A stretch of 64,000 nt of DNA from Haplodiscus bocki. Lineage: Eukaryota. The stretch is taken from positions 147,064,001 to 147,128,000 of the forward strand of contig OZ296648.1 of the NCBI GenBank assembly GCA_965655095.1. Reading direction: 5' to 3'. Position numbers and translations under genes: made by a program. Below are positions 38,601 to 51,700 of this stretch, piece after piece; position 1 is the first letter of the stretch, and each line of letters starts with the position of its first letter. Under the pieces are notes generated by a model, which was given only the letters and a program-made list of their open reading frames with translations, did no database searches and was not told the DNA's origin.

Positions 38601-40576
38601 ATTTTGAAAGTGTTTTTTTCACAAAAGCAGTCAGTTCGAACAGCTCAATCAATCTACAAAACTGAGTGCTCGGAATTCAACGGACTCACTTTAACTGCAA
38701 ACTTAGTGTAACTATCTATGCAAGGTACCTTTCAAAAAAGACATTTTTGTTCATTCAGCGCCTGTTTTTCAGTTGCCCCTCCTGTCATAGTGGCGCAGTA
38801 ACGTTCCTCCTATCAGCGCCAACACTCCATTAAACACGAGGCCGAAAAAAGGCCCCATTGCCACTGGCCATCTCCCGGTCTCCCTCTCATCACTTATTTC
38901 CTTTTCCTCTAGAAAGCAGCCTGCTGCTGTCCTATCTTTTTCCACCGTTACTTGGCCATCAACTTATAACACAGCTTTCCCCTGACAACATGCCACGACA
39001 AGTGTCTGATTTTAGCCGGTCGCTCCTCCAGGACGAAGCATTTTAGTGTCAGCGGTGAAGCATCGCTGAAGCTGTTCAAGCTAATTATGCAGAAATGATC
39101 GGTGTCGTCCTCATTTTGTTTGGTCAAGCAAAAACAACTTGATCTGAAAAACTCGAACAACCCGTGAAGTTGAGGACACGACACTACTCCTTCTCCCTAA
39201 TCTTGTCGCCAGAAGGCATTTGAAAAAAGGACGAGAAAAAAATAAACGCAAAAAAAACTATTTCTCATGATATTATGGGGAACATTAAAACCGAAATCCT
39301 GAAGTTTTGAGAAAAATTCACACAAAAACTTTAAGCTCCTCGGACGCGCTAATGTATTTGCCGTGTTATGAGACTAATCAATTGACCGACAAAGATTTAT
39401 GCCTCAACTGAAAAAATCAAAACTTCTACCTGAGACTTTTTCACCCCAAAAATCATAATTTGGTTTAGCACAAAAGTTATGCAAACTCAAACCTTGTCGC
39501 CTTTCCAGCCCTTACCACTATGCAATAATAGTTATCCCCCGTGCTATGGACCCGTCAATTCAAAACAACATGTTTCTTTTCAGCTTATTATGCATAAATT
39601 CCTCTTGTTTTCAGTCTTCATCTTAGAAGCCTGCAAGCCTCAGTTTCTCCACAATCCTGGCCAAAATATTTATTTCCAACCCCACAAACCTATGTTCAGC
39701 CAAACTTACATGCCATCCACTGTGTCATGAGCTAAAAAAAGAACCCATCAAAAATTTCTGATTTGATTTTTCAGAATCGTTCTAGAGACTATAAACCTGG
39801 CACTTCATTCACAAACTCGTGAATCGTCCACCCTCTCCTCACTAGATGGCGCACTGCTGTCTCCGAGCGTCTGCAGACCATCCAGACCTTCCTCCCTTCG
39901 AGCAACACTGCATCATCAGGATAAGCTGGTGTCGGGTCCTCATATATAGAACCCGCGTAGTCCTCTCCACTGATGGCCAGCAGACTCAGATCCACGAGAA
40001 GCTAACTGTCCACACTCTGCACGCACCCGTAAAACTGGGCCTCAATGGCCAGCCTCCCCTTGCATCTACGGGATAGAACCTCTCAGTGACCATGGAGTCT
40101 ACAAATGCTGCATTCTTCCTGGGTGTCTGAAGATTCACCAGCTGCGGCTAAAACTCTTCCCTCAATGACGCTCTTTTTGCCACTTCTTATACACAAAACG
40201 CTGTGATGTATTCATCGTGGAGGCTTTTGGGTACCGGCTGCTGACTCACTTACTTGCACGTTCGGAGAAAAATACTTTATAAAGGGCTCCCGAAAGACTT
40301 GGACTTCCAGTGAGGCCTGTGAACACTCAGCTGCCCTCACTCTCCCTCATTGGCAGGCCCCTGGGACCGTCCGTCAGGCATTCCAACAACTGCGCCACAG
40401 TCGCCTTAAGCGTTGGCCTCTCCTACCTCATGCATCATGATTTGACTCATATTTCGATCTCAAAACATACTACGAACAATATCCTGCTTCATGCAATCAT
40501 CAGGTGCACATTTATTTTCCTTTTCAGCAACACAATCACGCAGGAACATTTACTTTTCTACATTGCACGCAGGTAG

Positions 40577-40775
40577 CGTCATGATCTAAAATCATGATAC
40601 GCAAAGTAATACCAAAATTTCGTTCAGTTAGAGCTGCTATTTATATTAAGTGACTATATTTAGCTGATAACAACATTATGATAACCGATAAAGATTAAAC
40701 TCGATTTCATAAATTGGAATTAACGAGTACTAATGAAACGCCTCCTTTCTAACCGCTCGAACAGGCCATATCACA
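40577..40775 (+). repeat. 3' LTR
   Basis: Direct repeat of 31850-32053 (CG instead of TG at the start, ends ATCACA), followed by TSD TCATC. Confidence 0.9.
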
Positions 40776-42342
40776 TCATCCTTGGGGTGGATTATAACTT
40801 TCCACTTGAGCTCATCAGATCAAGATAACGCATTCATTTAGTCGATCAAAAAGTGCGGAAAATGCAAAATTGACGAAAAAAGCCCAAAATCGCTACATCA
40901 AACTTACTACTTTCTCGTGTGATTCTGATGAAACAGAAAAAACTTTAATTTATTCAAAAGTCTCAGAGAACTGTGTTCAAACTACTTTTTGAGGCTACGA
41001 GCGGAACGAACGACGCGACTGAAGCGATGAAGTGTCTATTTCTCCAGTATGACGAAAGTTGTTTTTCTTTCGCAGACTTCGTGGAATTTCCAGCAAGATC
41101 TTCTTTGATTATGTATATCTCCGAGCGTATTTGAGCTGCCGGCAAATTTTTTCAATAGGCGCCTCCGCAAGACTTACAGCTGAAATTCGGGAAAAAAGAA
41201 TTTGAGCCAACGTGATTTTTACAGGAAAATAATAATGTCTCGTTATGTGACATAAAAATATGGCTATTGTTAAGATGAGAAAGTACTTCCTGCAGTTGAA
41301 TAGGAGTAAACTGTTGCCTGCATTGCGATTATTGTCGTGTTGATGTTGTCTTTGCGTCATTGGCTGATGGGTTTTGCACCATCTGAACGGTCAACAACTT
41401 TGTGACAATGGTTTTCCAGGTGTGACTTGAGTTTTCCGAAAGTGACTCATCGATCAGGAGGCTCTCTTCGAAAGCCTTTGTCCTGCACTTCTTCAGTTTC
41501 CCAAAGTCTCCAAAGCAGTGTTCCTGGTGAATCAGGAAGCTTGCCGCACGTTGCTCTGCATTTGAACATAGGGAAATTTTTTCCGTTGACTTGCTCGTGG
41601 GGAGTATTCAGGGGTCTGGATGTAAGGAAAAATAGTTATTCATTTGGGATCCGCCCCAGTTGGCAGTTTCTTGAAAAGCTTGCAGGCAAATGAAAGCATT
41701 CACTTATCGGTCGGTAACTGCGCGTGTTGCTCGAAGCCCACTAAAAGTCTTGGCGCCGATTTTTTCTAGAGTTTCAAAAAAACGTGAATTTTAGCTCAGT
41801 TGTTCACTTTATTGAAATTACTATTTTACACATCAAATATCCCGCATAACACTACCAATAGATGTCATAAAAATAGGCATGATTGCCACTTCCCCTGACG
41901 AGATCAGCAGTCAATGAAGCCCTTCGAAAAATGTCAACCTCAGCTTCGTACCTAACAAATTGTCTCATACTGAATTCACTGAAAAATCAATCATGAAATT
42001 TAGGAAATATAACATCGTTGTTCATTTTTCAGAAGCATGTTCAACAAATTAGAACCTGATAGAACCCGGTCTTTTTCGAAATTTTTGGACAGAGATGGAA
42101 ATAGTTTTTACGCTGACATCACAGAATGTAAGTTTTGAAAAGCAAAAAAATAGCATAAGCCGGTTCCGATGCACAAATTTCATTCACCAAATAAATTTTA
42201 ATTACTTTCACCAAAATTTAAAAAACTTATCTCTAATGAACAACCAATCCCGGAACGCTTGACAAGGCTCTCAAAATATCGAAGGGGGAAAAATTTTACC
42301 ACACGCAAACGCCAAAAATGGGACGTTTTTGCGGAAAAAAAA

Positions 42343-42403
42343 TTTAAGCCGCAGATTGGGGTCCGAAAAGACTTACTTTTCGGACCCCTATCTGCGGCTT
42401 AAA
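42343..42403. repeat. Near-perfect 61-nt hairpin (28-bp stem, 5-nt loop)
   Basis: TTTAAGCCGCAGATTGGGGTCCGAAAAG-ACTTA-CTTTTCGGACCCCTATCTGCGGCTTAAA, with 27/28 positions complementary. Confidence 0.85.
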
Positions 42404-42593
42404 AGCGTTTTATTTTGCGCTCTACACCACCGGGACCTCTATAAAACCGCTCGTTGCGAGTTGGAAACAAAAAATGCTCAAAATTTTTTGGACTTTACAG
42501 TAGAGAAAAAAGAATCATTGTAATAGTCGCCCTTTTACAAAAGTGAAGCGCCGACTAAAAATGACAAAACTGATGAAAGAGCAAAGCGTTTCC

Positions 42594-42760
42594 AGGAGTG
42601 GCCAAGGAAGTTAAAGCACGAGGCTGCAGTGATCCCAGGGTTCAGTGACTTCTCTGCCCTTGATGTGCAGTCTGGGATCGGATACTTCAATCGCGTTCAG
42701 ATATATAGATATATAATATATATTATATCTATATAATAATAATAGATATAGGATATATAA
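42594..42760 (+). mobile_element. Degenerate tRNA-derived element followed by an (AT)-rich microsatellite
   Basis: A-box-like GTGGCCAAGGAAGTTAAAGC and an internal GATCCCAG/CTGGGATC stem, followed by an AT-only run at ~42700-42760. Confidence 0.35.
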
Positions 42761-44659
42761 TTCTCAATCTATCAAAATGCAATTTGCGATTTCCAGAAAA
42801 CAAATACCTTTTAATAATTGAAAACTAAGAATTCTAAGTAAGACTCACGTATCTCAGATCTGATTTCCATTTAATTTGTATCTTGATCCTTGAAAATTTT
42901 GAGAGGTCACGGAATTGTTTTCAGCATTAAGTAAGCTAATGTTTATGATTTCTTTTTTGTTCCCAATGTTTTAGTCTTCGATTTTGCTCCAATTCGTATT
43001 TTTGAGTTTTTCCACTGCTTATTAAGTGCCACAGTTCTTACGTCGTTGCCAATTCTGAAAAATCAATCAAATCTGTCGGTTCTCATGAGTCGATAAGACA
43101 AAAAATAGCTTTCATAATCTGGCTGGTTTCACACGACGACTAAAGAAGCGGCCCGGTTCATCCAGGTTTTGAATAGCGACAGCGGTCAAACCACTGGGAT
43201 TTTTTAAGTACAATTCAAGAGATAAGATGCTTTTCTCGTTCGATAAAATAGCATTCGCCGACTAATACCAGATTCGACACCATTTTTCGCTGTCATCTCT
43301 CAATTATACCACCCGCTTCTGCGTTTTCATTTATTTTTATGCCGCTTCCGCTTAATTAACGGTTCATCGGTTCAATTCTCCGCTCCAAATCAAGGACACA
43401 TGAGCGAGTAAATAAATTTATATTTTATCAGACTAACAACTAAAAAATCAACTTCAAAAAAAAAAAGAAACAATAACAGAGAAGACTTTCAAAGGCACAA
43501 GTCTTCCACTGGAGCCTCGACAAAAAACTTATCAGTCATCAATTTCAGTGTCATATTGCCTATGAGTGGGAACAGAGCGAGATAATCAAACCGTTTGATC
43601 CGACCAATACATTCTTTACCCGCTTGTCCAGCCTCTTCTCTCCTAATCTACCTACTATACCGCCTCCACCAGTTGCCCACAGGGAATTTATCAGAAACCA
43701 TTCTACCCAAATATGAGGAGTTTAAAAAATTACCTGCTTCAAACGATGGTTAATAAGTTAAAATCCTCAGTAGATACCGCACAGTGCAGGCTGGGTTAGG
43801 CCAGTCTTACCTTAACGATGAGTACATGTGAGTTCTATGGGTCCATAGCTTAGAGTCACTTCTGCCTTCTGCAAACAAAGTCGATTAAATCCTGGTTGCC
43901 CGGGAATTAATTCCTTAATTCATAACAGAAACGCTCGGCACCATTTGTAGCTAAAGTCTGAGAAAAAAGTCAAGTGACGCTTGAGCTAAGGTAAGATAAC
44001 CAACAAGTTCAGATACTCGTTTAGATAAGGAAAGCTCTATTTTTTGTGACTTGTTGGAACAATTGGTTTTTCCGCAAATCGAAGGTTGTAGCTCACGTCG
44101 AATCCAATTGTTTCAGAAAACCTACAGGTCACCTTTTTAGTGACCACTAACTGCAAAACAGTTATCAACTGACTGTTATGATAGCATTTCAAAAGTTTTT
44201 GAGAAAATACATGAATCATTTGAATTAGCAGCGGACTAATATTTTTTTTAATTACGGATAGTTTGGGGTACGTCTGTCATTATGACAATGGAGCATATTT
44301 GGTGGCAGATATTCGCGAATCCCAGATCCATGAAACGGATTTACAAGTTTTTAATTTCTATATTACGTACTTAAATTCAATCCAATTCATGCGGAAAACA
44401 ACATCTGCAATATAATTTATTATCTCCAAATTGAAATATTCAAATTCAACTAACTTCCATAAAAATTTGTTACAAAGCAGTGAAAAAGTTTACAAACACT
44501 TTACTAAAATCATTTACATGTAAAACGGTAGCTATCACTTCAATGCAAATTTGATTAAATAGGTACAAAAATAATCTTTTGAATGTCATTTTCACATTTG
44601 ATCAGTGCAAAACCTCCTTTAAATAGTCAAATGATATGCACAGATAGAATATAGGCCTT

Positions 44660-45565
44660 TCAATCCTTGAAACCCATCAGACTTTTCAAGGCATCGAAAG
44701 TCAGCAGCGTAACTCCGAACTGAGGCCCTGACCTGAATGCCCGCAAGACGGCACCCTTCCAAAAAGCCTGAAACCCTTCTTCTCTCATCAGTTTGATGGT
44801 GCAATCAATGACACCTTTGTACGCAGTTTTTCCTTCCGATTCCTTGACTTGTAGCCTCGTTTTAATGACGTCCGCAGGTGTGCAAGACACAGCCGCAGGA
44901 ACTCCCCCAATTATACCTGCGCAGAACAGCGAAAAAAGCGAGTTTTTGCCATTCTCATTCTGCAGAGCTGTCTTTGAGTGTGCATAAACTGGGAAAAATA
45001 TGGCAGAGAAAGGAATGTCGCGCAAAAGACAAGCCCGCGCTCCTTTGTATAGATTAACAAAGCCTAAGTCTTTGATCACTGAAAACACTGATAATCTCTG
45101 CCCACGCATTTCTCCCGCTTTCTGGAGTCGGATTTTCACAATTTCCAAGGGGTTCGTGAACAAAACTTGTGAAGCACCGGCACAACCCCCTGCGATGAGT
45201 TCTCCCCAGATTGGACAATAACCGTAATGTCTTTGGAAAGTGTCTCGTACCATATCATTAGTTGTCAACTTGATGGCTTTCTCGGGGGCAACGCCAAAAA
45301 TCTGTGGTAACAATCCTCGATAGAGTCCCAAAGCTCCCTCGTTGCGAACGACGTACATGAAAGTTTGTCTGAATGTGTGATAAGTTCGTTGTTCAAACTT
45401 TACCCCTCGTTCATCCTGGATACGAGTTTTGCACAAATCGATAGGATAGACAGCGGTTGCGCCACAAGCACCCGCTACAGAACCCAAACTGAACAGAATC
45501 ATACCTTGCTGGGCAATCGCAGATCCCTTTTCTTTAACAGGAGAGTGAATATTTGTAGTAGTCAT
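44660..45565 (-). CDS. SLC25A12: Mitochondrial carrier, aspartate/glutamate carrier (aralar/citrin, SLC25A12/13-like), carrier domain only, intronless
   Basis: 301-aa intact ORF with three PX[DE]XX[KR]X[RK] motifs ([30 protein letters not shown]). AGC-type segments are [57 protein letters not shown] and [10 protein letters not shown]. Confidence 0.93.
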   Translation of the reverse strand: MTTTNIHSPVKEKGSAIAQQGMILFSLGSVAGACGATAVYPIDLCKTRIQDERGVKFEQRTYHTFRQTFMYVVRNEGALGLYRGLLPQIFGVAPEKAIKLTTNDMVRDTFQRHYGYCPIWGELIAGGCAGASQVLFTNPLEIVKIRLQKAGEMRGQRLSVFSVIKDLGFVNLYKGARACLLRDIPFSAIFFPVYAHSKTALQNENGKNSLFSLFCAGIIGGVPAAVSCTPADVIKTRLQVKESEGKTAYKGVIDCTIKLMREEGFQAFWKGAVLRAFRSGPQFGVTLLTFDALKSLMGFKD

Positions 45566-47999
45566 TTTCGGTTTTTAAAACCGGTTTCAAGACGCAACAA
45601 AAATAAATTTAAAGAAAGCTTCCCTTCTAAGGATTCGGAAGTGTTTGGTACGAGCAATCCAATGGGATGTATCCGAATATATGAGAACTGGTATCAAAAT
45701 TAATGTTGACAGAACCGATATTCTCGCGAAAGTGGCGATTCTGTTTTCATGATAAGATTTAGTTCACGTCGCCGCCACGATGTCCAACTGCTCATTGAAG
45801 CTTGTAATAATTTTTACGCCGTCTTAAATTGAATAAATTCGGTGCGCGTCATACGTTGAGAATTCCACTCAAGTCGGTTGCATTAAAAACGTAATGCAAA
45901 CGTATGGCCGATGTTTTACGCATGAAACAAGGTCTGCTTGAAATATACGCTCGTAAAATCGGTTCTCGACTGTAGACATTTATATGTTCGTACGAATAAA
46001 ATATGATGACAGAAAAAGATGTACATAAAACTTGCATTTGTTTCAGTTGAATGTTGCAATATACCAGCAGCTCAAGAGCCTCGTTAAAGAAGCGAAACTT
46101 AGGCTCGAAAATATTTTACCGATTGTCAAATTTGTTCACGCGCTCTGTAAATTACAATTTGAACAAATTCTATTTCAAGCCAAATATAATTGAACAAAAT
46201 TAATTGCTCTATTCTATATGAAAGCTAGCCCTATTCTATATGAAAATTCTATATGAAGCTGAACTCTCAAGAGGTGGTCAAAATGATTAAATTTTTAGCG
46301 ACTGCTTATAACAGCCGCCGATTTCTTATAAAAACCAAACATCAAATCGAATTGGACACTTTACCAGACGAAAGCATGTAAACACTCTATAGTCAAATCT
46401 TGCTTTGAGCGAACACTTGATTACATATTCCAAATTATCTCTTCAAATACATCAGTTCCTACATATATAATGGGGAAGTGTACTCCGAAGCACTCGGCTT
46501 CATTGAAACATACTATTATGTTAAGAGATGCTCTAAAACCTAATATATCGCCAATCGAAACCTTTTTCAAAACCTGAATATAAATGAAACGCATGTGAAG
46601 ATGGGAGTTTGACGCTACAATATCAGTAATGTTGCTTTGCACCTCTATGTTGACAGGATGTATGTTTGAAGATTTCGTAAATCCTTCTTCGGAAACCAAG
46701 TCCCACTTCTATACGCTTTCCCGTCCCCATTTTCTCCAGCAGCAAAATCGAATGAACGGACAGCTAAGAAATCGGACACAAGACTAATGACTTTCTCCTT
46801 CATCATGATTTTTCTACCAAAATAAATTGTTTCAGAGAAAGCCAAAACCCGCAAAAGTACACAGACCACAGCTACTACTTGAATCATCCATCAGTTCCAT
46901 TGGAGAGAAGGATGGCTGCGTTAATTGTTTCATCAATAATAATGTCTTTCTGCTTTTGCCACCATATTGTTTCCGAAGCAAGCACAATGTGCTGGACATC
47001 CTCCAAAGACAAGATAATGCCCAGGGGATACAAAACAATAATTGATATTGCAATAAATGGCTTCCAATAAGTGAATGATAGTTGTCTCCTATCCAATTAT
47101 TTATTGGCTAGTCTCCAGTAATTGCCAATATTTGAAGCTGAATATTTCACCTTTTTCAAGTAGAAATTAGACGGAAAGATGCAAATGAAACTAACTGCAC
47201 GAACTTTTTCAACAAGCACATACAAAAAAATGGTGAAAAGGGCAACTAACTTTGGAAAAGTCAGTCCTGATCAGTTCATTAGAAAAATGGTAGGCAGCGG
47301 ATGGTCCAATTAGTACAGCACAATAGTTTTACAAGTATTGGAAGAACCTGAGTTTGGACAAGCGATACCTCTACAGCCCCTTCGCCGAATAGTTTACAAA
47401 AAAGCGCAAAGCCTGTACTGTTGGCTCAACAGGGTCTGCAACGATTTGAAAACGTTCAACTTTGTTGAAAACTATAAAGGTAGAAAACCCGTGACATATT
47501 TCCAGATCATCTTCAGTGTAAATTAAACAAATATATTTCTCTAGCATCTCGTAGACACCCAATTCGGCAGTCAGTTTTATCAAAAAAAATCTTGACATTA
47601 TTTCAAAGATGAGTTTCTTGTTTTAGCTATCAGTAGAACATGGAATGTTACACTACCCTGCTTTCTGTCACTTCACCGCCCATGGAGACGTCCGAGTGTT
47701 GGAGAAGGCTAAAGGAGTGCCCAGGAAAAATTGACATGTCAAGTTGCGGTTACGTATTTATGAAGAGATTGTTGGCAGTAGTAGTACTAGTGGGACAAGT
47801 TTCTGGGCCGAAAGCCCACACGCTCACTGCTTTGATTGTTTGTCGTTTTTTCAGGAGATGTAGTGAGCTAATCGTTTTCAAATATTTGGTCGAGGCTGCA
47901 ACTTCCACACAGGGATGATGTTCTCCTAGTGCAGGGTACTCTTCCATCATAACTTCTTTCAAACAAATTGCATTGAGTAGTGCAAAAAATTGTGGTCAC

Positions 48000-50900
48000 A
48001 GTTCTCGGTCAGATTCTCAGCATGTCTAGAAAGAATGATATTCAGACGACTGGAACGACACTAGAAAGTTTCATCACTTTTCCTCAGCCGTGTCTGCCAA
48101 ACCACAAGTTCTTTTCCGTCAAATTAACTGGTGATCGTAGAACACGTTGAGTGCAGGTGACGAGAAAAGTCAAAATCATAGTTACCCAACATTATATCAA
48201 GGAGATACAGGACATCGTGTAGCTCGATATATATGGAAACTGGTAGAAGTTTACATTTGGGAAGTTGCTCCCTGTATGAACCTTGTTATCCATAAAACCA
48301 AGAAGTGGCAAGCTTCTAAAGTTTCTCCATTTCCATCGAACAACTGCTGAACAGGAATGCAGCCCGTGAACCATAAGTTAGCATTGGCATAACATAACCA
48401 GCAGAGGAGTGTAGCATGTTTTCAGAACATTTGCGTGAATTTTTTCGCTCCACTAGATTTGGGGACATAGGAGCTTTTCCGGATCTAACTATGCTGTTGC
48501 CATCCCACTTAGTAGCTTTTGACACGTAGAGGCCAAAAATTGGCTGGATGTTTTGCTCTAGAACTTTCACTTTTTATACTTCAACTTTCACAATTCTTTT
48601 GGGCATCAACAGTACACTTTTTTTGCATTCAATTTCCTGCCCTTTTCATATCACTAATTTTTCAGGCAAATTACTCCACCGGTTCTTTGTTTTTGATTGA
48701 TGCAAATGAGTTCATAATCAACAGCATATCCATAGCAATCATCAGAGATGTTCGATGGTTTGTCTATGTAGAGGAGAAAGAAAGAAGACCAAGGAATGAA
48801 CCCAGGGGAGAGCCGCTAGTGACTCTTTTCAGCGTTGACTGCGAAATTCCTAGCTTAACAAACTCTTCTGTTGGGAAGATACCTATGTATGAATTTCAAC
48901 AATTTCGCCCCTAAACCAAAGCTTCTGATTAACGCTGGAAGGTTCATATGTTGACCGTATCAAAAGCCTTCGAGAAATCTAGGTGAGGAATCGCAAGAAC
49001 TTCCTGCTGAGGTAGTTTTTTCATTGACATCGTACAGTTTCTCTACGGACAGCAGTAGCTGAAGGTTGCTGATCTTTTCTTTTTGAAATCAAACTGATGG
49101 TCGTGCAGTGTGTCTCTAGTATGGGTGTAAAGAAGATCAAAAATCAATCTTTCTATCACTCTCGATGCACAAGTGTAGACTGAAGGGTCTGTAGCAACTG
49201 ACATGTTATCTATCTCCACCCTTTATTATCGCACAAAACCCAGCGGATTTTCCGCTAACTCGGAAAGCACTTTTTGTTAAACCTTGTATGAAATACAGGA
49301 ATCAGCGATTAGCTGATGCTTCGGGCGATGTTTTCCAGGAATACAATTCTAAGGTTGTAAGGACCCGTTGCCTTGCCAACATTCAGTTCAGTGAAAAGAG
49401 TTTCTACTCCGTTTTGCTCAAATTTGAACCAATTCGGGGTTTCAATGCTGTAATGAATCTTTAATTCATCTTTCTTTCTGAACTTTTTGAATACACTAGA
49501 AAACAATTGCACGCCGTCGTCCCTAGTGTAAGCATGTTTATTTTTATGGAAAGTTTCCGTAGGCATAAAAAACATAATTCTTGATACATGTCCAAGACTT
49601 TTGTGCTTTAAAAAGTTGTCTAGTGCTGAACACTTCTGCTTCTAAGATTTCGTGTTTTTTGACCACTTCTTCTATTTTTTTTGAAATTCCATTTTTTGAC
49701 TTTAATAGCTTTTGGCATTTGGAAGATATTTCTTTTGTTTTTCTTCGGAATCGTAATTTTCAACATCAGGTAGGAAATTCATCTGCTTATCCACGGTGGT
49801 AGGTTGGCACGATGCGTTCCGACTCTATCAAGGTTAACTTCCATCGTTTCTTTGTCCAATGAATGCCACGTTTGCAGGAGAACGTTGACATTACTGATGG
49901 ATTATACATTGGAGAACTTTTTGTCATCTCGCCATGAAGTTTCTCCAGTTTGCGTTTTAAGGACTCTAGGTTTCGCGATTGAAAAGAACCTCGCTACTTC
50001 TGGTTATACACTGCAAGTTCATAAAATACGCATGGTGGCCTGAACCAGTATAGTAAACTACTAACTTCTGATCAATAACACAATAGTTTGTTCTGTCTCT
50101 AACGCTTGGCAGAAGTGGATCAAACTGTCTCAATTGTTTGTCTCCGACCAGGTACTGCAAGAGTTCGTGCTCGCGGAAAACATCCAGAACTTCCTGTTCT
50201 AGGTGCTCCTTTAATTCTATGCAAGTCCAATTTGTTTTGTCACGATTGGAATCTCCAAGGAGCAGAGTGCCTCGACAGTTGAGTTTTTCTGCCTTCCGAT
50301 CAGTTCAGCTATGAGTGCTTTGAAATTCACACTGGACCTCCTATATGGGGTGTTTCCAGACTGATTGTATTCAAAACAGAAAGAAATCAGTTTTGTTGCT
50401 TCAATTTTGACCACTTTGTGTTCTGATCTATCCATATTCAGTCTTATGAGGTCATGTTTGGTGTATGGAAATAGTTCAACCAGCACACCTCCTTTTTTGA
50501 AACAAGTTGTTCAATTTGGCCTGTCTGCACGATATATTTGATACTGTTGGAAAAACATCGTTGCGTCAGGAACATCTTCAATTGGACAGATTTGTGTCAG
50601 ACAGATTTGTGTCGGACAGGTTTGTGTTAGACAGTGTCAGAGGGATGACATTGTAATTTGTAATCGTGAGCGCAAGTTTTGTGCATCTTTCGACTGAGTC
50701 TTTCTGTTCTTACATTGAACAGAAGGATGTTCGGACTGCTATACATGGTAGGTATTTTGAAGTCTAGCCACTTGTCTTCATCCACAATCGACACTGTAGT
50801 CCAGACTTCTGCAACTAGATTCAAATTCCCAATTCTGAGTACTTCTGCTGAAACATCTTGATTGATCGGGTCTTGCTGCACTATCAAGGCCTCATTTTTT

Positions 50901-51700
50901 TAATTAATTTTTTCCCTCAATAGAGAGTTCATGACTGTTGAAGATAGGTGTAGAACTTTCGTGGTACTTTTTCAGTTTATGAACCGTTTTTACACGCGAT
51001 TTTCTGTGAAAGTCGTTTTCTAGATCAATTTTGACTGTCGTTGGTCCCTCGTTTGCTTTCCGTTGTTCAATTCGTGATTTTTTTCGTTTTTGATTCAATT
51101 TCCAAAAAAAAATCAAAGATCTACCTCAGTTCTTTCGAGTCCATTCCAAGTTTCTGGGATTCCCTTTTTTGAATTCCGTGAGTTTTTTTCTGGGTATTTT
51201 TGAAAAAGACACAATTGCCTGGATTGGCTGCACCTCGAGCTTCTGCAAAATTTCTTGTTGCCTTATCACAGAGCGTCATCGAATGAAACTCTGCTTTCAG
51301 TTTTTCAGTTTTTTCAAGAGATTTTTCCATGTTCGTTGTAAACTCATTGACTTTCTTGTGCAGCTGCTTCAGTTGATCTCCCAGATTGTTGTCATTATTC
51401 TGCATCTTCTGAGTTTTCATACTCTTGCAGTCAATGCAGACTGGCAATATACTATTTTCATTTTGGCCAGAACCACCGTGTTGTTGTCTTGGAGTTGGTA
51501 CGTCTCTTTGTCTTCTGCATAACGCAGTTACAGGACAAGAGTAACAATGGAAATTTTCTCCTTGTTTGAATATTCTGTTCCTATACTTGAACTTGTTTCT
51601 CATTTTGAGGCTTTGACACTTAGATATGAGTAAGTTTGTCCTCTGTTTAGATGAAGTTTCTTGCAATTCAGTTTCCTAAGATACCTAAAGGCGACATAGA
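48000..51700 (-). mobile_element. Decayed non-LTR retrotransposon (CR1/L2-like LINE: ORF1 plus APE endonuclease-RT ORF2)
   Basis: ORF1 remnant at 51121-51666 (Cys motif, coiled coil). Endonuclease start NILLFNVR at ~50730. RT motifs KATGP (~49370), LDFSKAFDTV (~48950-48985), VTSGSPLGSFLG (the SGVPQGSVLG motif, ~48790-48822) and GYAVD (the YADD motif, ~48720-48732), plus C-terminal LLPVSIYIELHDVL. Many stops; boundaries are approximate. Confidence 0.82.
50585..50640. repeat. 15-bp tandem triplication inside the LINE endonuclease
   Basis: GACAGATTTGTGTCA / GACAGATTTGTGTCG / GACAGGTTTGTGTTA / GACAG. Confidence 0.75.

Larger units (their letters stand above)
31850..40775 (+). mobile_element. Degenerate Ty3/gypsy LTR retroelement with env-like gene (endogenous retrovirus-like provirus, 8.9 kb)
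   Basis: Paired LTRs at 31850-32053 and 40577-40775. 5-bp TSD TCATC at 31845-31849 and 40776-40780. PBS TGGTGACA at 32054. Internal order is gag, protease region, RT, RNase H, (integrase deleted), env-like, then extra ORF remnants. Confidence 0.92.

Noticed and set aside
46400-47960. Short minus-strand ORFs downstream of the LINE (one with a vague Walker-B-like IIIDE)
   Set aside because: No coherent family signature; probably decayed TE debris. No EF-hand exons for the carrier were recognisable here either.
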